A DNA stretch of 52,297 nucleotides, from sequence record SRR31156797_8580, one strand, 5' to 3'. The position numbers were made by a program, and so were the translations under genes. This document shows, piece by piece, positions 9,873 through 20,906 of the stretch (its first letter is position 1; every line of letters starts with the position of its first letter). The notes beneath the pieces are model-generated. The model was given only the letters and a program-made list of their open reading frames with translations, did no database searches and was not told where the DNA came from.

Positions 9873-11285
9873 TTAAAGAACGTGTACAGATGCAGTGTTA
9901 GTAGTGCCTGAAGCAACAAGTGCACCAGAAACCATAATCACGATGTCGCCTTTCTTACCTAGGCCAGAATCAAGAGCGATCTCTTTACCTTGACGGTAGA
10001 AGTCATCAGTGCTTTCGTAAGCGTTAACAACAACTGGAGTAACACCTTTAGTTAAAACAAGCTGTGCAGCAGTTTTAGCGTTAGTTGTTACAGCGATGAT
10101 GTTTGCTGTTGGGAAGTATTTACGAACTGAACGCGCAGACTTACCAGCTTCAGTTGCAACAACGATAAGTGGAGCAGCTAGTTTTTCAGCAGTGTCTACA
10201 GCGCCTTTACATACCGCTTCAGTGATACGTAGACGAGGGCTGTCTAGACGAGAACCCAGTTCAGCTTTAAGAGCAGAATCAGTGCGAGCTGAGATTTGAG
10301 CCATGATAGTTACCGCTTCAACAGGGTATTTACCTTTCGCTGTTTCACCAGAAAGCATTACTGCGTCAGTACCATCCATGATTGCGTTCGCAACGTCACC
10401 CGCTTCTGCACGAGTTGGACGAGGGTTGTTGATCATAGAATCAAGCATTTGAGTTGCAGTGATTACAACTTTACGTGCGCGGTTACATTTCTCGATCATC
10501 ATCTTCTGAGCGAAGATTACTTCTTCAGCTGGGATTTCAACACCTAGATCGCCACGTGCAACCATGATGCCGTCAGATAGCTCAAGGATCTCATCAAAAT
10601 TGTCCACACCTTCTTGGTTTTCAATTTTAGAGATGATTTGAATGCTTTCGCCACCGTTTGCCGCTAGGATTTCACGGATTTCTTTAACGTCTGAACCTTT
10701 ACGGATGAAAGATGCAGCAACGAAATCTACGCCTTGCTCACAACCAAACTTAAGGTCGCCTTTATCTTTTTCAGATAGAGCTGGTAGGTTTACAGAAACG
10801 CCAGGAAGGTTAACACCTTTGTTTTCGCCTAGAGCACCGTTGTTTAGAACTTTACAGATAACGTCAGTGTCAGTTGTAGAAACAACTTCCATTTCGATTA
10901 GGCCGTCATCAACAAGGATAGTGTTACCAGCAGATAGGTCTTTTGCGAAACCTGGGTAAGTCACTGCTACTTTATCTTTGTTACCAACAACTGAAGTATC
11001 AGTTGTGAAAGTGAACTCTTGACCAGCTACTAGATCAACGTCGTCGCCGTTTTCTAGTTTGATAGTACGAATTTCTGGACCTTTAGTATCTAGAAGGATC
11101 GCTAGTTGCTTGCCAGTGTTTTCCATTACTGTGCGGAAGTTAGCGATACGAGTACCGTGCTCTGCGAAGTCTCCGTGAGAAAAGTTAAGGCGCATTACGT
11201 TCATGCCTGCATTAACAAGTTCTGTTAATTTTTCTACAGATTCAGTTTTAGGGCCAATCGTACATACGATTTTGGTCTTTTTCAT
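9873..11285 (-). CDS. pykF: Pyruvate kinase I
   Basis: [40 protein letters not shown]; 470 aa. Confidence 0.97.
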   Translation of the reverse strand: MKKTKIVCTIGPKTESVEKLTELVNAGMNVMRLNFSHGDFAEHGTRIANFRTVMENTGKQLAILLDTKGPEIRTIKLENGDDVDLVAGQEFTFTTDTSVVGNKDKVAVTYPGFAKDLSAGNTILVDDGLIEMEVVSTTDTDVICKVLNNGALGENKGVNLPGVSVNLPALSEKDKGDLKFGCEQGVDFVAASFIRKGSDVKEIREILAANGGESIQIISKIENQEGVDNFDEILELSDGIMVARGDLGVEIPAEEVIFAQKMMIEKCNRARKVVITATQMLDSMINNPRPTRAEAGDVANAIMDGTDAVMLSGETAKGKYPVEAVTIMAQISARTDSALKAELGSRLDSPRLRITEAVCKGAVDTAEKLAAPLIVVATEAGKSARSVRKYFPTANIIAVTTNAKTAAQLVLTKGVTPVVVNAYESTDDFYRQGKEIALDSGLGKKGDIVIMVSGALVASGTTNTASVHVL

Positions 11286-11475
11286 GGAAGAGTCTCTCCG
11301 GTGAATTTTATCAATTTGAAAGTTAATATATAGCTTAAGAATGGCCTCGATGGCGGCAATTTTTTCTCTTTATTACCACATTACATTCACGAGTACTGCA
11401 CACTCCAAAACTGAAAGTCTTACAACAGGTTTAGTCATTTTATGACCGACTGTTGAGGGTGTTGCTTCACATTTA

Positions 11476-11491
11476 TGTGATCTATATCACC
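11476..11491. promoter_or_regulatory. CRP-binding site in the pykF/glmR intergenic region
   Basis: TGTGA-TCTATA-TCACC, near-consensus TGTGA-N6-TCACA. Confidence 0.65.
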
Positions 11492-11625
11492 GCTATTGGT
11501 GAGAATTACAAAAGTATCACACACCATTCTGTAATTTTTTTTCTTTAGGGAACGAATTCTAACACCGAATCATTTCAATATCACTGCTTAAGAATTGTCT
11601 TAGGACAAGGTTTTGCCCAGAAATA

Positions 11626-11694
11626 TTAATTTTTTGGTTCAAAATAAATGGACATAAATGTTTCGATTTAATTATAATAACTTTCGAATCGAAA
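11626..11694 (+). promoter_or_regulatory. glmR-glmS promoter region: NagC-like box, sigma70 promoter and TTTCG-N3-CGAAA operator
   Basis: TTAATTT-N9-AAATAAA (11626-48); TGGACA-18-TATAAT (11649-78); palindrome TTTCGAATCGAAA (11682-94). Confidence 0.55.
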
Positions 11695-11712
11695 CTTAAT
11701 TTGTAAACGAAG

Positions 11713-12474
11713 ATGTCTAAACGTAATACACAGCTAAGAAGACACACTATAGTTAACCTGATTAATGAATTAGGTGAGGTGAGTGTAGAAGAATTATCCA
11801 CTCAGTTTGAAACTTCAGAAGTCACAATTAGAAAGGATTTGGCATCTTTAGAGCAAAATGGACAATTACTTCGTCGCTACGGTGGCGCGATTGCATTACC
11901 GAAAGAAGTCGTTAATGACGAGTTGAATCCAAAAGTTTCAATTCGAAAGGAATCGTTAGCAAAAGCGGCCGCAAAATTGATTCGTGACCATAACCGCATT
12001 GTCATTGATAGCGGAAGCACAACGGCTGCCTTAATTAACCAGCTTAATGACAAGCGTGGACTCATTGTGATGACTAACTCTTTACACGTAGCCAATGCGT
12101 TAAACGAGTTGGAAAGCGAACCTACCTTACTGATGACTGGCGGAACTTGGGATAACCACTCTGAGTCATTCCAGGGCAAAGTCGCTGAGTCGGTTCTTCG
12201 TTCTTATGATTTCGACCAGCTTTTTATTGGTGCTGACGGCATAGACCTTGAACGAGGCACCAGTACGTTTAATGAGTTAGTTGGCCTTAGCAAAGTGATG
12301 GCTGAGGTGTCTCGCGAAGTTATCGTCATGGTCGAGTCCGACAAGGTTGGCCGTAGAATCCCGAATTTAGAACTGGCTTGGGATGATATTGATGTCCTAG
12401 TGACAGACAAAGAGCTGTCTGATGAATTTGTTTCGAAAATAGAATCTCATCAGGTTCGTGTAATACGAGCCTGA
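11713..12474 (+). CDS. DeoR/GlpR family regulator upstream of glmS (GlmR-like)
   Basis: SEVTIRKDL HTH, RRYGGA, IDSGSTT; lies directly upstream of glmS on the same strand. Confidence 0.88.
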   Translation: MSKRNTQLRRHTIVNLINELGEVSVEELSTQFETSEVTIRKDLASLEQNGQLLRRYGGAIALPKEVVNDELNPKVSIRKESLAKAAAKLIRDHNRIVIDSGSTTAALINQLNDKRGLIVMTNSLHVANALNELESEPTLLMTGGTWDNHSESFQGKVAESVLRSYDFDQLFIGADGIDLERGTSTFNELVGLSKVMAEVSREVIVMVESDKVGRRIPNLELAWDDIDVLVTDKELSDEFVSKIESHQVRVIRA

Positions 12475-12560
12475 GTAAAAACAATTAATCGTCTCTACTT
12501 TAATGCCTTGCTTGCAGCCGTAGAGCACTATAGATAAATAAAATATCGGAGTATTAAAAC

Positions 12561-14393
12561 ATGTGTGGAATTGTTGGAGCTGTTGCTCAGCGTGATGTTG
12601 CAGAAATTTTAGTTGAAGGCCTTCGCCGTCTGGAATATCGCGGTTATGACTCAGCAGGTGTTGCTGTGGTTGATGCGGAATCAAACTTAACGCGTATTCG
12701 TCGTCTGGGTAAAGTTCAGGAACTGGCTGACGCGGTAGAGTCTGCGCAGGTTGTTGGTGGTACAGGTATCGCTCACACTCGTTGGGCAACGCATGGCGTA
12801 CCTTCTGAAGAAAATGCGCACCCACATGTATCAGGTGATATCGCTGTTGTTCACAACGGTATTATCGAAAACCACGAAGAGCTTCGTTCTCTTTTACAAG
12901 AGCGCGGCTACGTGTTTGTTTCTCAAACTGATACTGAAGTTATTGCTCACCTAGTAGAGTGGGAACTTCGTACTTCTGAAACGCTTGTTGAAGCACTAAA
13001 GAAGACAGCTAAGCAATTAGATGGCGCATACGGTACTGTTGCTGTGGACCGAAAAGATCCAAGTCGTATCGTCGTAGCTCGCTCTGGTAGCCCAATTGTT
13101 ATTGGTCTTGGTATTGGTGAAAACTTCCTAGCATCTGATCAACTGGCTCTTCTAAGTGTGACTCGTCGTTTCATGTATCTGGAAGAAGGTGATGTCGCTG
13201 AAATTACTCGTCGCGACGTTACGATTTATGATGAAGTTGGTGCACTTGTAGAGCGTGAAATCATTGAATCGAACATCGAGCACGATGCGGGTGACAAAGG
13301 TCAATACCGTCACTTCATGCAAAAAGAGATCTTCGAACAACCAATGGCGCTGAAAAGCACTATGGAAGGTCGTATTACTCAGGATTCCGTCATCACAGAA
13401 AGCATTGGTGTGAATGCGGTTGAGATCTTAAAGAAAGTTGAGCACGTACAGATCATCGCGTGTGGTACGTCTTACAACTCTGGTATGGCAGCTCGCTACT
13501 GGTTTGAAGATATTGCTGGTGTTAGCTGTGATGTAGAGATTGCTTCTGAGTTCCGTTATCGTAACTTTGTCACTCGTCCAAATAGTCTTTTGATTACTTT
13601 GTCTCAGTCTGGTGAAACGGCCGATACGCTTGCTGCTCTGCGCATTGCAAAAGAGAAAGGTTATATGGCGGCAATGACCATCTGTAACGTGTCAGGTTCG
13701 TCATTGGTACGTGAATCCGACATTGCGTTCATGACTCGTGCGGGGACTGAGATTGGTGTTGCATCGACCAAAGCATTCACGACTCAGTTAGCGGCAATGC
13801 TAATGTTGGTAACGGCGATTGGTAAAGAACAAGGTCGTATTGATTCTGCGAAAGAAAAAGAAATTGTAGAGGCAATTCACGCTCTGCCAGTGCAAATTGA
13901 AAGTGCATTGTCATTCGATAAGCAAATTGAAGCGTTAGCAGAAGATTTCGCTGATAAACACCATACATTGTTCTTAGGTCGTGGTGAGTACTATCCAATT
14001 GCAATGGAAGCTGCACTTAAACTGAAAGAGATCTCTTACATTCACGCTGAAGCTTATGCTGCAGGTGAGTTGAAGCATGGTCCTTTGGCGCTGATTGATG
14101 CGGATATGCCAGTTGTGGTTATTGCACCAAACAACGATTTGCTTGAAAAGCTGAAATCAAACGTTGAAGAAGTTCGTGCTCGTGGTGGCTTACTATACGT
14201 ATTTGCTGACGAGAAAGCAGGCTTTGAAGCAGATGAGACATTGAAGATCATTCCAATGCCACACGTTAGCGAAATTACTGCTCCAATCTTCTACACCGTA
14301 CCAATGCAGCTACTGTCTTACCATGTCGCATTAATTAAAGGTACTGATGTCGATCAGCCTCGCAACTTAGCAAAAGCGGTGACTGTGGAATAA
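12561..14393 (+). CDS. glmS: Glutamine-fructose-6-phosphate transaminase
   Basis: MCGIVG N-terminus, [26 protein letters not shown]-terminus. Confidence 0.99.
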   Translation: MCGIVGAVAQRDVAEILVEGLRRLEYRGYDSAGVAVVDAESNLTRIRRLGKVQELADAVESAQVVGGTGIAHTRWATHGVPSEENAHPHVSGDIAVVHNGIIENHEELRSLLQERGYVFVSQTDTEVIAHLVEWELRTSETLVEALKKTAKQLDGAYGTVAVDRKDPSRIVVARSGSPIVIGLGIGENFLASDQLALLSVTRRFMYLEEGDVAEITRRDVTIYDEVGALVEREIIESNIEHDAGDKGQYRHFMQKEIFEQPMALKSTMEGRITQDSVITESIGVNAVEILKKVEHVQIIACGTSYNSGMAARYWFEDIAGVSCDVEIASEFRYRNFVTRPNSLLITLSQSGETADTLAALRIAKEKGYMAAMTICNVSGSSLVRESDIAFMTRAGTEIGVASTKAFTTQLAAMLMLVTAIGKEQGRIDSAKEKEIVEAIHALPVQIESALSFDKQIEALAEDFADKHHTLFLGRGEYYPIAMEAALKLKEISYIHAEAYAAGELKHGPLALIDADMPVVVIAPNNDLLEKLKSNVEEVRARGGLLYVFADEKAGFEADETLKIIPMPHVSEITAPIFYTVPMQLLSYHVALIKGTDVDQPRNLAKAVTVE

Positions 14394-14427
14394 CGACATC
14401 TCTTATCGGCAGTTATATATAGAAAAG

Positions 14428-14460
14428 AAATGGCAGCATATTTTATATGCTGCCATTTTT
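14428..14460. terminator. Bidirectional terminator after glmS
   Basis: 14-bp stem AAATGGCAGCATAT/ATATGCTGCCATTT. Confidence 0.88.
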
Positions 14461-14503
14461 ATTTAAGCTTTGTGATGTTTGATAATGATGACAAGATAAA
14501 AGC

Positions 14504-15259
14504 TTATACGGTTACCAACTCAATGTTTCTCGAGCGGATTTGAGCCTGAATTTCATCATCAAGATTAGTGTCAGTAATGATATGTGTTGTTTCCACCAAA
14601 TCACAGGCTTTATAGAGAGAATAGGAACCGTATTTAGAGCTGTCTGCTATCAACACTTTTCGATTAGCGTTTTGGATAATATCTCTTTTGAGAGAGGCTT
14701 TTTCTTCCGTAGGTGTCGTAATGCCTTTATCTAGGCTCCAACTATTACAGGTTAAAAAAGCGATGTCAGGGTTAATTGAGCGCAATAATTGGCGGCCATG
14801 TTCACCTATCGTAGATTGACTGCTGTGATCGACTGTACCACCAGTGACAATCACTTCAATCTGTTTAAATTCAGATAAAAACAGAGCGATGTGCAGATCA
14901 ACCGTAATGACTCGGATGGGTAGGTGAATCAGGTTTTTGACCAGGGCCATAGAGGTTGTGCCCGCATCTAGAACGACTGAATCACCTGCTTTAACCATGT
15001 CTGCTGCCGTTTCTGCGATATGTTGCTTTTCTCGCATACTGCGCAGCATTTTTTCGTTGGTTGTTGGTTGATTTGCAACAAAGCGGTTAAGCGATACCCC
15101 CCCATGAGTCCGGGTGATAACACCTTGCTCATCGAGTTTGATTAGATCTCGGCGAATCGTAGCAGGCGAAGCTGCCACGACTTTAACCAAGTCATCAACG
15201 GTCACCAAATTATGGTGTTTTAGGTACTCAATTATCTGCTCAACGCGCTGGTTATTCAT
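14504..15259 (-). CDS. DeoR/GlpR family regulator of the acid-sugar cluster
   Basis: [29 protein letters not shown]; overlaps the pdxA2 stop. Confidence 0.9.
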   Translation of the reverse strand: MNNQRVEQIIEYLKHHNLVTVDDLVKVVAASPATIRRDLIKLDEQGVITRTHGGVSLNRFVANQPTTNEKMLRSMREKQHIAETAADMVKAGDSVVLDAGTTSMALVKNLIHLPIRVITVDLHIALFLSEFKQIEVIVTGGTVDHSSQSTIGEHGRQLLRSINPDIAFLTCNSWSLDKGITTPTEEKASLKRDIIQNANRKVLIADSSKYGSYSLYKACDLVETTHIITDTNLDDEIQAQIRSRNIELVTV

Positions 15260-16242
15260 ATATTGCTCAATTTAACGGCCAACTCTACCGACTTAACCAT
15301 ACTTTCAGGGTTCGCTTTACCAGTCCATGCAATATCGAATGCTGTACCATGGTCTGCTGAAGTACGGAAAAATGGTAAACCAGCAGTGATGTTAACACCA
15401 TCATAAAAGCCCATCAATTTCAACGGGATGTGTCCTTGGTCATGATACATGGCAACAACAATGTCATATTGACCTTGTGAAGCTTGTAAGAACACCGTAT
15501 CTGGTGGGCAAGGACCATATACATCAAGGCCTTCTTTCTGCATGGTTTCAATACAAGGATTCAAAATTTCGATTTCTTCATGCCCAAACAGACCATTCTC
15601 ACCAGCGTGAGGGTTAACGCCAGCAACTGCGATTCTAGGTTTATCGAATCCTGCTTTTTTCATAAATGAATCAGCGATTTTAATCACTGTGTTAACACGT
15701 GTTTTATTGAGTGTTTCCAAGAATTTTAATAGGGCGATATGAGTCGTAACATGAATAACACGCAATGTGTCTGTGTATAACACCATGGCGTAGTCTTTCG
15801 TATCCGTCAGTTTCGCCAGCAACTCTGTATGGCCAGGGTAGTGGTGGCCTGCTAGGTGTAGAGCTTCTTTGTTTAAAGGAGCGGTAGCAATAGCATTGAT
15901 ATCCCCTTTTAACGCTAAATCTGTTGCTACTTTAATGCAGCGATACGCAAGGTCACCCGCCTGGGCCTGAACTTTCCCATATTGGAAGTTTTCAATATCC
16001 CCCAAGGGGATATCAAGAACGTTAACGATACCAGGAACGAACGATGCTTCGCTTACTTCATTTATGATATTAATCTGTTGTGGTGACGCTAGATTCTTAT
16101 CGATGACGGTTTGCAGGATCTCTGCGCTACCAATCACGACACAGTTCGTACCTGACAGCGAATCTGTGGTCAGCGCTTTAAGAATAATTTCTGGACCGAT
16201 ACCCGCAGGATCGCCCATTGTAATACCAATGACACCTTTCAT
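15256..16242 (-). CDS. pdxA2: PdxA2 family 4-phospho-tetronate dehydrogenase (D-threonate 4-phosphate dehydrogenase-like)
   Basis: [43 protein letters not shown]; adjacent to a DUF1537 kinase. Confidence 0.88.
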   Translation of the reverse strand: MKGVIGITMGDPAGIGPEIILKALTTDSLSGTNCVVIGSAEILQTVIDKNLASPQQINIINEVSEASFVPGIVNVLDIPLGDIENFQYGKVQAQAGDLAYRCIKVATDLALKGDINAIATAPLNKEALHLAGHHYPGHTELLAKLTDTKDYAMVLYTDTLRVIHVTTHIALLKFLETLNKTRVNTVIKIADSFMKKAGFDKPRIAVAGVNPHAGENGLFGHEEIEILNPCIETMQKEGLDVYGPCPPDTVFLQASQGQYDIVVAMYHDQGHIPLKLMGFYDGVNITAGLPFFRTSADHGTAFDIAWTGKANPESMVKSVELAVKLSNI

Positions 16243-17525
16243 TATCTGACCTCTTTTTGTAAATGTTGAATTACTTGGGAAAATGTTGCCGGATTGCCAA
16301 ATCCACCGGCTTTGGTAAATATTGGAAACGGAGTGAGCTCACTATCAAGCAATCCCCATGGGACACAGTCCGCAACGATTCCACCGATTTGATATTCTGG
16401 AGCGTTTAAACGCTGAGCGGTTGCTATGGCGATATCGCCCCCGCAGAGAATCATCCCACCCAGTTGCTGGTGGTCTGCTTCAATGATTTGATAAGCTAAT
16501 TCAGCTAAACATTCGCGAACGTGCTCAGCTAATTGCTTTTGTGATAATTCGTATTTTGCGGCAATCGCTTTCAACTCATGTCTTAGCTCTATGCTTTTAC
16601 AGCTGCGTAGAACACAGTTGTCCCCTGTACGCAAAATTTCTGCCGCTTTAAACGCAATATTTTCTAAGTAGGCTTTATGGTTTTCGGACAAAAGCTCATC
16701 GAGTTCCAAATCAACGACTTTCGCTATTTCATTATCAATTAAGTATTGAGACTGCTTGAGTGTCATTGCACTCATTGAACCGATAATCGCTAAAACAGGT
16801 GAGTCCGTCGTTTTGATAGACAATTCTGAATTCGACTTTTTATTTACTAGCGCGTGGGTGAGTTCACCAGTAGTAACAAAGACCACAGGAACATTCAGTT
16901 GGCTCGCTGCGTTATAAAGTGAGTACAAATCATCATGGGATTGCGTATCGCATACGATAATTTCAGTACCAGCTTCATAAAATTGAACAAAACTTTGAAG
17001 ATGTGACGTATTTTTTTGTTCAGGGTGGAGATATTCAGCTGTCTCACAGGTAGTTTGAGACTTAATAATGTCTTCAACTCGGGACGAGTGAATTGGTGAT
17101 TTAGGATCAGACGCAAATTCGGTTTCAGCTAGTGGTATGTCATTGACATAGCAAATACCGTTAATGGTTTTTCTTTTGGAAAAAGGCGCTGCGATGGCGA
17201 CGATTGCTAGTTTGTAGCCTGTCTCAAGCAATGCTTCTATTTCACATCCAATGTTCCCGCGTAATGTTGAGTCCACTTTTTTTATAAGAAGAGGTTGTTG
17301 CTGAGCTAATTGATAGCTCTGGGAAACAAGTTTTAGTGCTGATTTTGCTTCTGCTATTTCTAAATCTCGGGAGTCAGTACAAATAACACCAACATGAGAA
17401 GAGGTGCGTTCGGTATTCGCTGCCGCCAACAAAACTTTTGTTGCAACACCTGAAGAAGCCAGCGCGACGCCTATATCATTTGCTCCTGTAAAGTCATCAG
17501 CAATGATATAGCTCGGTTTGTTCAT
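16242..17525 (-). CDS. Four-carbon acid-sugar kinase, DUF1537 family (DtnK-like)
   Basis: IADDFTGANDIG, KKVDSTLRGNIG, GGDIA, TKAGGFG; ATG at 17525 after AAGGAAGGA. Confidence 0.88.
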   Translation of the reverse strand: MNKPSYIIADDFTGANDIGVALASSGVATKVLLAAANTERTSSHVGVICTDSRDLEIAEAKSALKLVSQSYQLAQQQPLLIKKVDSTLRGNIGCEIEALLETGYKLAIVAIAAPFSKRKTINGICYVNDIPLAETEFASDPKSPIHSSRVEDIIKSQTTCETAEYLHPEQKNTSHLQSFVQFYEAGTEIIVCDTQSHDDLYSLYNAASQLNVPVVFVTTGELTHALVNKKSNSELSIKTTDSPVLAIIGSMSAMTLKQSQYLIDNEIAKVVDLELDELLSENHKAYLENIAFKAAEILRTGDNCVLRSCKSIELRHELKAIAAKYELSQKQLAEHVRECLAELAYQIIEADHQQLGGMILCGGDIAIATAQRLNAPEYQIGGIVADCVPWGLLDSELTPFPIFTKAGGFGNPATFSQVIQHLQKEVR

Positions 17526-17578
17526 TCCTTCCTTCATGCGATTTCTGTACTCCAAGATTTATCGACTGGATTCATTGT

Positions 17579-17717
17579 AATCAAAAAATCACTTTAATAA
17601 AGCTTTTTTTGATTAAATTTAATCATTATGATTATTTGTGAGCTAAATCCCGCATTTAAAATCTGATTTTATGTATAAATATGATTGTTTGATGAATGAG
17701 GTGATTAAAACCAATCA
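17579..17717. promoter_or_regulatory. Divergent promoter with repeated TGATT/AATCA operator units and a CRP-like site
   Basis: Perfect palindrome TGATTAAATTTAATCA (17610-25), second TGATT-N6-AATCA (17702-17), TGTGA-N6-TCCCG (17637-52). Confidence 0.6.
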
Positions 17718-17736
17718 TTTAAGTCAGGGGAAAGGA

Positions 17737-18873
17737 ATGAATATATTTACAACAGTAGTAAGTGGCGGCGTAGAACAGATGCTGCAAGTCCTATCAAGTG
17801 ATGACCATTTATTACTGATGACGGACAACAATGTGATTAAGCTGGATCAAGTTCAGTCTCTATTATCATCGTTGGATAACCAAGGTTACAACTATACGCT
17901 GATTAGCGATTTGCCTGCTGAGCCGACCAATCATGATGTCGAGCATTTAATCAATACATTGCCCCAGGGCGTTGATGTTGTCTTAGGTATTGGTGGGGGG
18001 AGCGTCTTAGATATCTCTAAGTTGATTTCAGTGTTATATGTTGGTTCTTCTCCTTCTTTGGAGCGCTTCAATCAGCTATTAAACGGTGAAAAGCCAGAAT
18101 CCAGAATCCCACTTGTGCTTGTACCAACCACTGCCGGTACAGGTGCAGAAGCGACGCCAAACTCAATTATCGCTCTGCCTGAGAAAGCAACTAAAGTCGG
18201 TATTATTTCACCGGTCATGCTACCGGATTATGTTGTTTTAGCACCTGAACTAACGACTTCGATGCCTTCTCATATTACTGCTTCAACAGGCATTGATGCA
18301 TTGTGTCACCTGATTGAGTGTTATACCGCGAGTGTTGCGAATCCTGTTGGTGACAATTACGCGATGATTGGAATGCAGAAGTTTTTTGCCAATATCGAAA
18401 AGGTGATTGAAGCGCCGACGGATCTCACCGTTCGCCTGAACTTACTATGGGCGTCTTATTACGGTGGTGCCTCTATTTCACATTCGGGAACCCACCTTGT
18501 TCACGCGCTTTCTTACCCACTGGGTGGCAAATATAAGATCCCTCATGGTTTGGCGAATTCATTGTTGCTTGTTCCCGTTATGAAGCATGTTTATCGCCAT
18601 TGTGAAGAGAAGCTTGCTAACGTCTATCGTCTTCTTCCAAGCGCTGATCTTGAGTTGTCTGAGCCTGATATGGCTGCTGCCTTAGTTGAGTATCTGGAGC
18701 AACTGGTTAGCAAGCTTGGCTTGCCTACCACATTAAACGAAATTGGTATTGAACGAGACCAGTTACCTGAATTGGCTGCTGGTGCTATGCAAGTGACTCG
18801 TTTGCTGAATCATTCCCCGGTAAAAGTAACGGAAGATGATGTTCTGAAACTTTACCAAAGTATCACAAATTAA
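17737..18873 (+). CDS. Iron-containing alcohol dehydrogenase
   Basis: GGGSVLD, VPTTAGTGAEAT, GIDALCHLIE, HLVHALS, PHG; ATG at 17737 after a purine-rich RBS. Confidence 0.9.
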   Translation: MNIFTTVVSGGVEQMLQVLSSDDHLLLMTDNNVIKLDQVQSLLSSLDNQGYNYTLISDLPAEPTNHDVEHLINTLPQGVDVVLGIGGGSVLDISKLISVLYVGSSPSLERFNQLLNGEKPESRIPLVLVPTTAGTGAEATPNSIIALPEKATKVGIISPVMLPDYVVLAPELTTSMPSHITASTGIDALCHLIECYTASVANPVGDNYAMIGMQKFFANIEKVIEAPTDLTVRLNLLWASYYGGASISHSGTHLVHALSYPLGGKYKIPHGLANSLLLVPVMKHVYRHCEEKLANVYRLLPSADLELSEPDMAAALVEYLEQLVSKLGLPTTLNEIGIERDQLPELAAGAMQVTRLLNHSPVKVTEDDVLKLYQSITN

Positions 18874-18882
18874 GGACTTATT

Positions 18883-19758
18883 ATGACTAGCCCAATTACT
18901 GGTCCACACGTAGCGATTGTGACGCCTTTTGACGAGACAGGCGCTATTGATGAACAAGCGCTAAGAGCTCAGGTTCGCAGACAGATTTCTAATGGCAATA
19001 AGATTTTTTGTAACGGAACCAATGGTGAATTTTTTGTATTAAATGATGTTGAAAAGCGTCGTGTGACAGAGATTTGTCTTGATGAAGCACAAGACAGCGA
19101 TTTGGTTGTGACTCACATTGGTGAAACCACATTAGCTCAAACTATTGCTCATGGTAAAGATGTTGCTGCGATGGGAATTAAGGCGGTATCTGTGATTACC
19201 CCATGGTTCTCTGCGCTAAGACCTCATGAGCTTGTGCGTTATTTTCAACAAGTAGCTGACGCGGTTCCGGTTCCTGTTTACCTCTACAACATACCAGCAC
19301 GTACTGGTAACACTATTACTCCTGAAGTTGCGGCTGAATTAGCAAAACACCCGAATATTTACGGCATTAAAGACAGTGCTGGCTCACTGGAAAGCTTGCA
19401 AGGCTTCCTATCGGTAAGCAAAGAAGCGGAAAACTTTGACGTACTGACTGGCCCAGACTCTCTAATTCTGACCGGTTATCAGCAAGGTTGTGTTGGGTGT
19501 ATTTCTGGTATTGCCAATATCGTTCCAGAGCTAGTGAATCAGGTTTATCGTGGCTTTCAACAGGATGAGCAGGCTTTGGCTAATGAAGCTCAAGAGAGAA
19601 TTAACTACTTACGTTCAACACTCTATCCAATCGCTTTCGCTCCAGCGGTTGTGAAGAAAATGATGAATTTACTGGGTGAGGAAGTCGGTGAAAGCCGTTA
19701 TCCAGTTTATTTTACGGAAGAAGAAACCGACAAAATGTTATCGATCTTTAACGGATAA
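18883..19758 (+). CDS. DHDPS/N-acetylneuraminate lyase family class I aldolase
   Basis: IVTPF, GTNGE, LYNIPARTG, Schiff-base GIKDS. Confidence 0.9.
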   Translation: MTSPITGPHVAIVTPFDETGAIDEQALRAQVRRQISNGNKIFCNGTNGEFFVLNDVEKRRVTEICLDEAQDSDLVVTHIGETTLAQTIAHGKDVAAMGIKAVSVITPWFSALRPHELVRYFQQVADAVPVPVYLYNIPARTGNTITPEVAAELAKHPNIYGIKDSAGSLESLQGFLSVSKEAENFDVLTGPDSLILTGYQQGCVGCISGIANIVPELVNQVYRGFQQDEQALANEAQERINYLRSTLYPIAFAPAVVKKMMNLLGEEVGESRYPVYFTEEETDKMLSIFNG

Positions 19759-19796
19759 ATAGCGTTAAAAAATAGCAATAATAAGGATACCCTACA

Positions 19797-20795
19797 ATGT
19801 TAAATAAACACTTTAAATCTGCTCTAAAAACCGCAGCGTTGTGTTCAACGCTAGTTGCAGGCGTAGCGCAGGCTGCATCTACCGCAAGTATTATTTCTCA
19901 ACCACCAGGTAATGGTTGGTATACCTATGGCACAACGTTTTCTCAGTTGATCCCGAAAGCAACTAACGATGAGTACAAAATCAAACTGATCCCTCGTGGG
20001 GGCGGTATGACTAACCCTGTTGTTGTCAACCAAGCGAAAGCAGATTTTGGTTTTGCTACTTCGAATGCGGCTGTGTGGGCTCGTGATGGTCTAACTGACA
20101 TCTATAAAGGTCGCACTAATAAAGAACTGCGTATGGTTCTGGATAATGTTCAACAAGCTTACACCATTACTGTTGCTCGCAAAGGCTGGGTAGAACAGAC
20201 GGGTAACGATACTTGGGAAAAAATCATTAACGCAGATAAAGTAATTATTGCGATGAAACCAACAGGTTCTCAGGTTCCAATTATTGCTGACTACATTTTT
20301 GAATCTCTTGGTACTGATTTCGAAACCCTTAAAGCGCAAGGTAAGATCGTTCAAATGGGTAGTGGTCAAGCTAGCCAAATGATGCGTGATAATGCAATTG
20401 ATGTGTACATCGATAACGTTCCTGCTATGCATCCAAACTTAACAGAAATGACGTTAACAAGTGATGTTACTTATATTCCTTACTCTAAAAAGACTCTGGA
20501 AGATTTAGCTAAAGTTGGTTTACCTACGGGAACTATGCCAGCGGGTACATACGATGATCAAACTGAAGATTATGTAAATCCAGTTAGTGCGACTGTATTC
20601 CTGACTAACTCAAAAGTGAGTGATGATGTTGTGTATAACGTGACTAAATCACTGATCGAGAAGCAAGCTGAGATCAAGAAGACACACTCACCACTTAAAT
20701 TCTGGCACCCAGAGGAAATTGGTTCTCATGACCAACTAGTAGAGCTTCACCCAGGTGCTGCCAAGTACTACCGTGAGCAAGGTTGGATTAACTAA
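19797..20795 (+). CDS. TAXI-family TRAP solute-binding protein
   Basis: Signal peptide ending AQA, VSDDVVYNVTK, LHPGAAKYYREQG C-terminal TAXI signature. Confidence 0.88.
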   Translation: MLNKHFKSALKTAALCSTLVAGVAQAASTASIISQPPGNGWYTYGTTFSQLIPKATNDEYKIKLIPRGGGMTNPVVVNQAKADFGFATSNAAVWARDGLTDIYKGRTNKELRMVLDNVQQAYTITVARKGWVEQTGNDTWEKIINADKVIIAMKPTGSQVPIIADYIFESLGTDFETLKAQGKIVQMGSGQASQMMRDNAIDVYIDNVPAMHPNLTEMTLTSDVTYIPYSKKTLEDLAKVGLPTGTMPAGTYDDQTEDYVNPVSATVFLTNSKVSDDVVYNVTKSLIEKQAEIKKTHSPLKFWHPEEIGSHDQLVELHPGAAKYYREQGWIN

Positions 20796-20815
20796 GTTTC
20801 TTTAATAGCAAAGTT

Positions 20816-20856
20816 TAAGAGATGTATGTCCTGATTCCCCTCGCATACATCTCTTA
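20816..20856 (+). other. Intra-operonic stem-loop after the solute-binding protein gene
   Basis: 13-bp perfect stem TAAGAGATGTATG/CATACATCTCTTA, no U-tract. Confidence 0.6.
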
Positions 20857-20906
20857 CCTGGGACCTTATAGGTAGAACCCATTGGTTCGGTAAGTAGGAT
20901 ATCGCT

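Noticed and set aside
12475-12560. glmS ribozyme
   Set aside because: The spacer is only 86 nt and lacks the conserved core; the ribozyme is typical of Gram-positive bacteria
15256-16242. Calling this the vitamin B6 gene pdxA linked to epd
   Set aside because: It is coupled to a DUF1537 kinase and a DeoR regulator rather than surA/ksgA, so it is PdxA2; side activity on 4-hydroxythreonine phosphate is not excluded
18883-19758. Calling the aldolase dapA or nanA
   Set aside because: GTNGE differs from GTTGE/GSTGE, the context is acid-sugar catabolism, and no nanEK genes are present
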